Shown here: one piece after another, positions 28,042 to 33,932 of the stretch
Layout of the letters: each line of letters begins with the position of its first letter
Numbering within the stretch: position 1 is the stretch's first letter
NCBI GenBank assembly: GCA_025963875.1
Contig: JAOPZY010000072.1
Span: 1 to 33,932, forward strand
DNA: 33,932 bases
From: Actinomycetota bacterium
GTDB taxonomy: Bacteria > Actinomycetota > CADDZG01 > JAHWKV01 > JAOPZY01
Direction of reading: 5' to 3'
Made by a program: the position numbers and the translations under genes
The notes under the pieces: model-generated
Databases searched by the model: none
The model's input: only the letters and a program-made list of their open reading frames with translations
Told to the model about the DNA's origin: nothing

Positions 28042-29034
28042 TCAGCGCGCCTTCGCCGGCTCGCCGAACGTCGCATAGAGCGCGAGGCCGGTCAGCGCGG
28101 CACCACCGATGATGTTGCCGATGGTCACCGGGATCTGATTCCACCACCACCACTGGCCCATGGAGACCGGCGCCTTCAGCATCATGCCGACGGGGATGAC
28201 GACCATGTTGACGATCGAGTGCTCGAAGCCCAGGGCGAAGAAGATCATGATTGGCAGCCACATCGCCGCCATCTTGCCGATCGTCGACCGAGCCACGAAG
28301 GCCATCAGCGCAGCCACGGTCACCATCCAGTTGGCGAGCACGGCTTTCACGACTGCGAGACCCCATCCGGTGGCGCCGAGCTTCTGGTAGGCGACGGTCT
28401 TGGCGACCGCGGCCGTCTTGAACTGGGTGGCGACCGTTCCGCCGTTGGTGTGGCCGAAGCTGGTCAGAGCCCAGTAGAAGAACAGCGCGTAGAACAGGCA
28501 GCCGGCGAGGTTGCCGACGTACACCCAGGACCAGTTGCGCAGCAGCCCCCCCATGCTCACCCGCTTCGCGATCACGCCCATCGGCAGGATGGCAAAGTTG
28601 CCCGTTGCCAGCTCGAGACCGAGCAGCGCCAGCAGCACGAAGCCAACGGGGAAGATGACCGCGGCGGCGATCGGAGCGAGGGGCTGCGCGCGCACGGTGT
28701 AGGCCAGGGACGTGGCGATGCCGAGGAACGCTCCCGAAAGGAAGCCACGGATCAGCAGATCCTTCACCGGCAGCGCCGCTTTGACCTCGGAGGCTGTGAC
28801 CGCATCCGCGACCAGGTCCGCCGGGCGGACGAAGTCGAGGGGCAGGGTGGGGATGGCGGCCGAGGACAGGGGGGCGGCCGGGAGGGCCTGTCCCGGCGCC
28901 GATACGGCATGCGGGGTGTCCAACGCCTCCATTGTTGCGGCTGGTCCCTGGCCGTTGGGGTCACCCGGCCGGGAGCCTGATGCCTCTTCCAAACGTTGCC
29001 GGCGCGGCGTGTCCACAGTGCCCCTCCTTCGCAT
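28042..29034 (-). CDS. Formate/nitrite transporter (FNT) family channel
   Basis: FPVGF, LELATGN, GNLAG, FEHSIVNM, GNIIGG. Start uncertain (ATG 28932 also plausible). Confidence 0.9.
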   Translation of the reverse strand: MRRRGTVDTPRRQRLEEASGSRPGDPNGQGPAATMEALDTPHAVSAPGQALPAAPLSSAAIPTLPLDFVRPADLVADAVTASEVKAALPVKDLLIRGFLSGAFLGIATSLAYTVRAQPLAPIAAAVIFPVGFVLLALLGLELATGNFAILPMGVIAKRVSMGGLLRNWSWVYVGNLAGCLFYALFFYWALTSFGHTNGGTVATQFKTAAVAKTVAYQKLGATGWGLAVVKAVLANWMVTVAALMAFVARSTIGKMAAMWLPIMIFFALGFEHSIVNMVVIPVGMMLKAPVSMGQWWWWNQIPVTIGNIIGGAALTGLALYATFGEPAKAR

Positions 29035-29154
29035 CGGTGTCCGGGCACCTGGGAGTCTGGCTATCGGCTGTTACGAGGGGGTTGCTGGTGGATTAAGAGT
29101 TGCGAACGCGCGTGCCACCCTCCCCGGAAGCCGCGGGATGCTCGTACGGGACGG

Positions 29155-30030
29155 CTAGAGGGCGGCGATTTTCGGGATGATCTCCCGGCCGACGATCTCG
29201 ATGGGGTCGATGCGCTCCACGCCGAGCAGAACACCCATGGCCCCGTCGGCCCCTGCTTCGGCCAGGGCTGCGAGGTCGTCGAGCACCTGCGGAACCCGCT
29301 CGCCGTTGTCGCCCACATCCATGACGTAGTACACGGTCTTCATGATGCTGTCGAAGTCGCGGCCGACGTCGTCACAGTGGCGGCGGAGCACCTCCAGCTT
29401 CCCTCTGAGCTCCTCCGGCCCGGCGAAGAGGTTGCAGGCGTCGGCGTACTGGGCAACGAGGCGCAGGGTCTTGCGCTCACCGCCGCCCCCGATGAGGATC
29501 GGCGGGCGAGGGGTCGACAGCGGCTGGGGCGAGTTGAGCGTCCGGCCGAGCTTGTAGTACTTGCCCTCGAATGGTCCCTCGTCGTCGCTCCACATCTGCA
29601 GGATGATCTTGATCGTCTCCTCGAGGCGCTCGAACCGCTCCTTGAGGGGCGGGAACGGCACGCCCAAGCCGATGTGCTCCTCCTCATTCCAGGCGGCGCC
29701 GATCCCCAGCCAGGCGCGCCCCCCCGAGAGCACGTCCAGCGTGGTCACGATCTTGGCCAGGATGCCGGGGTACCGGTACGTGACGCCCGTCACGAGCGTG
29801 CCGAGGCGAGCCTGCTCGGTGTGGGCGGCGAGAAAGCCGAGGGTCGTATAGGCCTCGAGCATCGGCTCCTCGGAGGCGCCGATGCCGCGGATCTGGAAGA
29901 AGTGGTCCATGACCCAGATCGAGTCGTAGCCGGCGCCGTCGGCGGTCCGGGCGATCTCGGCGAGGGTGGGCCCGATCTCGGCGGCACCCCCGGGCCACGT
30001 GAACGAAGGAATCTGCAGTCCGAGTTTCAT
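29155..30030 (-). CDS. LLM-class F420-dependent oxidoreductase
   Basis: MKLGLQIP, WVMDHFFQI, TLDVLSGGRAWLGIGAAW, GGGGERKTLRLVA; AAGGAG RBS before ATG 30030. Confidence 0.92.
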   Translation of the reverse strand: MKLGLQIPSFTWPGGAAEIGPTLAEIARTADGAGYDSIWVMDHFFQIRGIGASEEPMLEAYTTLGFLAAHTEQARLGTLVTGVTYRYPGILAKIVTTLDVLSGGRAWLGIGAAWNEEEHIGLGVPFPPLKERFERLEETIKIILQMWSDDEGPFEGKYYKLGRTLNSPQPLSTPRPPILIGGGGERKTLRLVAQYADACNLFAGPEELRGKLEVLRRHCDDVGRDFDSIMKTVYYVMDVGDNGERVPQVLDDLAALAEAGADGAMGVLLGVERIDPIEIVGREIIPKIAAL

Positions 30031-30153
30031 CGTGTCGGCTCCTTTCCTGCCCCCCCGACCGCCAGTGTACCCAGCCGGCTCGCGGCATTTCCCCAAATCA
30101 GGCCATCGTCCGATGTCCGTTCGATCCGGCCCGACCTGCGTTAGCCTCGGCCC

Positions 30154-31047
30154 ATGGCAGGCGACGAACCCAAGGCGGGACCCAAGCCCACCGTTGCGAC
30201 TCGGACGCTCATCGGAGGGGTGGCGGTGATCGTTGTGGCGCTGATCCTGGCATTGACCGGCTTGGCGGTCTTCCGGGGTGGTTCTCCCGGGCGGTCGAGG
30301 CACGTCGTGGCTGCGCCAACGCCCACGCCGACCGCCACGGCTTCCCCGAGCGACACGCCCTCGACCTCCCCGACAGCGACGTCCGACGCGCCCGTCGAAA
30401 CCGGCCCGCCGCCCGGTTCGCTGGGGCCGCCACCGCCAGGAGACCCGGTCCCGTCGAGCTCGACCGTCGTGTACCTCAACGGCCCGGCGACCGTCCAGGT
30501 CTACGGCGCCCCGGACGCCGCCAAGCGGACTTCCACGCTGCGCGGCCGCAACAGCATCGATCAGCCTTCCGCATTCCTCGTGCTCGACCACCAGCCGGGA
30601 TGGTTCCACGTGCTGCTGCCCGTCGAGCCCAATGGCTCCACGGGCTGGCTGAAAGCGTCGGACGTCCAGGTGGCAGCGACGACCGACTACCTCCGGGTGA
30701 CGGTGTCGCAGTTCCGCATCGATCATTACGTGGCCGGCAAGTGGCACGGGGGCTTCCGCGTAGCGGTTGGCAAGCCGTCCACGCCGACGCCGACCGGGCT
30801 CTTCTACATCCTTGCGAGCCAGCAGGTGGACCAGGCCCCCTACACGCCCGGGATCTTCGCCCTGTCGGGCTTCGCCCCCCAGCCCATCCCCGGGTTCCTG
30901 GGGGCGACCCTGGGCGTGCACGGCTGGACCGACCCGAGCGTCATCGGCACGAGGGCGTCCAACGGCTGCGTGCGCTTGATGTCGAAGGACATGGAGCCGC
31001 TGCTGCGCACCCTGATCCTCGGGACCCCGGTCGACATCGTCGCCTGA
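30154..31047 (+). CDS. Membrane-anchored L,D-transpeptidase
   Basis: N-terminal TM, Pro/Thr linker, PTPTG, GVHG...SNGCVRL; apparently leaderless. Confidence 0.88.
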   Translation: MAGDEPKAGPKPTVATRTLIGGVAVIVVALILALTGLAVFRGGSPGRSRHVVAAPTPTPTATASPSDTPSTSPTATSDAPVETGPPPGSLGPPPPGDPVPSSSTVVYLNGPATVQVYGAPDAAKRTSTLRGRNSIDQPSAFLVLDHQPGWFHVLLPVEPNGSTGWLKASDVQVAATTDYLRVTVSQFRIDHYVAGKWHGGFRVAVGKPSTPTPTGLFYILASQQVDQAPYTPGIFALSGFAPQPIPGFLGATLGVHGWTDPSVIGTRASNGCVRLMSKDMEPLLRTLILGTPVDIVA

Positions 31048-31073
31048 ATTCGGGTTCGGGATCCGGTCCTGCC

Positions 31074-31568
31074 CTACTCGGAGTCCGGGGGGTGGAGGTT
31101 CCAGCGCCGGACAAGCCCATCGACGGAGGCGAAGTCCATGGTCAGGCCGTAGCGCTGCTGGAGCGCGGCGACGGCGTCCACGTCGGGGCCACCCGGCCGG
31201 GTGATCAGGGGCTCCAGTTCGGCGAAGAAGCGCTCGAAGCCCGCTGGCGAGATGATCTCCAGTACCCGGGCGGGTGCGTCGCCCGGATTCCAGAAGGCGT
31301 GCGGGATCCCCCGGGGCTTGACCACCAGGTCGCCCGGGCCCGCCACGGCGACCTCGTCGGCAACCTGTATCCCCACCCTGCCCTCGAGGACGAAGGTGTA
31401 CTCGTCCTCCCGCTCGTGGGTGTGCATTGGCGCCGCCAGGCACCGGGCATCGATGGGGTGCTCGACAAGGGCGAAACCGCCCCCGCTTCGCAGGCCGTCG
31501 ATAAGGAATCGCACGCCGAGGCCCCCGAAGCGCGCCACCGGGCCATCGGTCGGTCCCACGATGTCCAA
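31074..31568 (-). CDS. Cupin domain protein
   Basis: PMHTHEREDEY...KPRGIPHAFWN; AAGGAGG RBS before TTG 31568. Confidence 0.88.
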   Translation of the reverse strand: MDIVGPTDGPVARFGGLGVRFLIDGLRSGGGFALVEHPIDARCLAAPMHTHEREDEYTFVLEGRVGIQVADEVAVAGPGDLVVKPRGIPHAFWNPGDAPARVLEIISPAGFERFFAELEPLITRPGGPDVDAVAALQQRYGLTMDFASVDGLVRRWNLHPPDSE

Positions 31569-31669
31569 GAGCGCCCTCCTTGACGAGACGGGGGCTTTCC
31601 CGGGGGCCGGGACCCCACACCTCATTTTGCCTCAAGGGTCAATGGCTGCTCAGTCTTAAGGTTGCAGTT

Positions 31670-31940
31670 GCGGGCGAGGATCGAAGCAACCCTCCGGGTA
31701 GCTCCTGGGGGGCCGGTGGAGAGAGCTACCTATCCGCCCGGGACCGCACACAGGAACCCTTGGCCCGTAAGGCACAGGGAACGGCCGAATGCGGCGTAGG
31801 ACCCTGACTGGCGACCGGACCACCAGCGGATTCGAGGTCCGCAAGACCGTTCGGCGGGCTGGGGAGTGCTTGTCCCAAGTGCCCCTTCATTGAGGAACGG
31901 TTGAAGCGCGAGCCAGTAAGGCCAGGCGGCAGGGATTTTT
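31670..31940 (+). ncRNA. Candidate ~270-nt multi-helix structured RNA, family unassigned
   Basis: TAAGGT -10 at 31657-31662, dense nested helices, three NGYAA-capped hairpins, T-run at the end, no credible ORF. Confidence 0.5.
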
Positions 31941-32000
31941 CTCGGCTAGCGAGAACTTTCCGGCCACCTGCTCCGGTGGGGCTCATCGCCGTGGCGACAC

Positions 32001-33932
32001 TCACCTTCCGGCACCGATCTCGATGTCGTGGAGGGCCTCGTCGCCCTCCTTGACGATCTCGGAGTCCACCCGTAGCCCGGTGACCGGGCAGAGGTACTCC
32101 CGGTATCGCGCCCGGTGGCCAGCCCGGCCCTCCCGGGTGGCGAATTCCGGGGCGACGTCGCGCAGGGGGCGTTCCAGCACGGCGCAGCCGTCCTTGAAGT
32201 TGCCGCCGGCCGGAGCCAGCACGGCGCGCCCAGTGACGCTCACGAACGCCTCGGGCCGGCCGTCCCGCTCGACGACGGCCAGCTCGCCGGCGAGCGGCCG
32301 CAGCGGCACGTCTTCCGGGACCGTGGCCGGTGCGACGGCTGGCGGAACGGCACTGGCGAGCCGGGCGGCCAGCCGCTCGGCACGCAGCGCCCGGGTTGCG
32401 TCGTCGCCGGGCACCACCCCGTACACCCGCTCGGCCATGTCCGCCGGCAGCGCCCCGGTGGCGATGTCGACCCTCACCTGGGCCGGGTCGCGGGTGAGCG
32501 GGTCGCCGAAGCCGGGCGCGTTGGCCCCGGTCCACTCCCAGGCGGCGTCCGCGGCCATCATGAGCATCGGGCCCTTCGCCTCGACCTCCGCCTCGGCGCC
32601 GGCGATCGCGTCGAGGTCCTGCGGTACCTCCCCCGCGGCGAACCGGTCGGCGACGTCGGTGCCGTGCTTGAGCCGGAAATGCCCTGCCGAGCCGGGGTTG
32701 CCGCCGAACGGCCCGACGGCCTTGGGGAACGACTCGTCCGTGTAGACCGCCGCGGCCATGCCTGGCACGGTCCACGGGATCCCGGCCTCGACGAACCCGC
32801 GCCCGCCGCGGAACCGGCCAGCGCCGCCCGCACCCGCGCGGAGCGCCCGCCGGTAGAGGAACAGCATCGGCCAGAGCAGCTCGAGCTCCTCGATGTTGCT
32901 CGCGGTCCCCTCGGGAATCCAGAAATGGCCGCCGAAGTCGACGCCGTCGCCGGCCGGCGACGCTGCCAGCGAGCCGATCATGTTGTCGGCGTTGCTCGCG
33001 ACGAACGGCTCGCCGGTTGGGTGCGCCCCGCCGGAGATCAGGGCGTAGAACGTCGGGTGCGCGGGACCGATCGCGAGCTTGGCCACGTCCGGCTCGGCAC
33101 ACGCCAGCATCTTGCCGATGACCGCGCCGGACAGGCTGATCAGCGTCTCCATCGTGTAGATCCCAGACGGGCTGACCGCCGCGGGGAAGTCCGCGCAGGA
33201 CAGCGTCCCGGGCACCGGCTCGAAGTGCACCCGCCGGTACACCCCGCCGTACGCGCCGGCGAGGTCCGCGGTGAGCGAGGCGGTCAGCGCGGCAAGGAAG
33301 GCGCCCGAGAACCCCGCGTAGGTGACGTTGATCGAGCCGGTCTGCGGGTCGGTTCCGGCATTGTCCACGTACAGGTGCTCGCCCTGCTTGCGCACGGTGA
33401 TCTGGTACGTGTAGATGCCGGTATCGCCCGTGTGTGCGGCCTCGGCGTAGAGCCGGTGGCTCCACCGGCCGTCGGGGATCTTCGCCAGCCGCTCGGCGAC
33501 GGTCGCCTCGCCGGCGTCGAGCACCCGGTTCATCACCGACTTCACCGCGTCCGCGCCGTACCGGTCGACCAGCGCTGCGATCCGCCCGGCGGCCACCCGG
33601 TTCGCCGACACCGCCGCACGCAGGTCCATGTGCACGTTGGTCGGCAACCGCGACTGGCGCAGGAACATCTCCTCGAGGTCCGTGCGCACCTTGCCGCGAC
33701 TGACCAGCTTGAACGGCGGGAACGCCGGAGGGTCGGTGAAGATGTCCGTCGCGTCGACGCAGAAGCTGCCCATCACCGAGCCGCCGACGTCCGCGTGGTG
33801 CATGACGTTGGCCACCCAGCAGAACAGCTCGTCGCCGACGAACACCGGGGCGGCCACGATCGTGTCCGGCTGGTGCGGGGTGCCGACGTAGGGGTCGTTG
33901 GACACGAACATGTCGCCCGGCTCGATGCCGGG
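32001..33932 (-). CDS. Hydantoinase B/oxoprolinase-family protein with C-terminal acetone carboxylase gamma-like extension, 5'-partial
   Basis: PGDMFVSNDPY...HQPD, HHADVGG, GAGRFRGG, GFGDPLTRDP; tail REYLCPVTG. Frame is open to the window edge. Confidence 0.88.
   Translation of the reverse strand, partial: PGIEPGDMFVSNDPYVGTPHQPDTIVAAPVFVGDELFCWVANVMHHADVGGSVMGSFCVDATDIFTDPPAFPPFKLVSRGKVRTDLEEMFLRQSRLPTNVHMDLRAAVSANRVAAGRIAALVDRYGADAVKSVMNRVLDAGEATVAERLAKIPDGRWSHRLYAEAAHTGDTGIYTYQITVRKQGEHLYVDNAGTDPQTGSINVTYAGFSGAFLAALTASLTADLAGAYGGVYRRVHFEPVPGTLSCADFPAAVSPSGIYTMETLISLSGAVIGKMLACAEPDVAKLAIGPAHPTFYALISGGAHPTGEPFVASNADNMIGSLAASPAGDGVDFGGHFWIPEGTASNIEELELLWPMLFLYRRALRAGAGGAGRFRGGRGFVEAGIPWTVPGMAAAVYTDESFPKAVGPFGGNPGSAGHFRLKHGTDVADRFAAGEVPQDLDAIAGAEAEVEAKGPMLMMAADAAWEWTGANAPGFGDPLTRDPAQVRVDIATGALPADMAERVYGVVPGDDATRALRAERLAARLASAVPPAVAPATVPEDVPLRPLAGELAVVERDGRPEAFVSVTGRAVLAPAGGNFKDGCAVLERPLRDVAPEFATREGRAGHRARYREYLCPVTGLRVDSEIVKEGDEALHDIEIGAGR

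Noticed and set aside
29155..31635. 826-aa ORF suggesting a large fusion to the LLM enzyme
   Set aside because: Real start is ATG 30030 with an RBS; the upstream part overlaps the L,D-transpeptidase and cupin genes.
31570..31700. Cobalamin-riboswitch-like words on the minus strand (CCCGCAACTG, GCCATTG, GGGAAA) and SAM-IV-like GCAACCCTCC on the plus strand
   Set aside because: Isolated words without the remaining conserved elements or correct architecture.

Overview
High-GC window, most likely actinobacterial (inferred from GC content, 7Fe ferredoxin, F420-type LLM enzyme and leaderless TANNNT promoters). Left edge (<1-6130, minus): an operon behind a consensus TTGACA-N17-TAATCT promoter encoding a LysM protein and a translationally coupled Gram-positive conjugation-type secretion core (TcpC, small 2-TM pilin-like protein, TcpE, VirB4-like ATPase, VirB6-like membrane protein). 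It abuts lgt with no integrase, relaxase or att site at this edge. Middle: lgt, ferredoxin, uridine phosphorylase, a frameshifted secreted phosphoesterase, IscA/ErpA, a two-gene 'split MetE', GNAT, L,D-transpeptidase, EVE protein, a palindrome cluster, tRNA-His, a DAO-family oxidoreductase, a 6C-like RNA candidate and a sat-sir-cysC-cysH-Zn-ribbon-cysG sulfate assimilation operon. Right: a deacetylase apparently interrupted by an AbiEi-like remnant, a 57-aa Zn-finger microprotein missing from the ORF track, MFS/TetR, FNT channel, LLM oxidoreductase, a second L,D-transpeptidase, a cupin, an unassigned ~270-nt structured RNA candidate and a partial hydantoinase B/oxoprolinase. All family calls are from motif recognition by eye; no searches were run.
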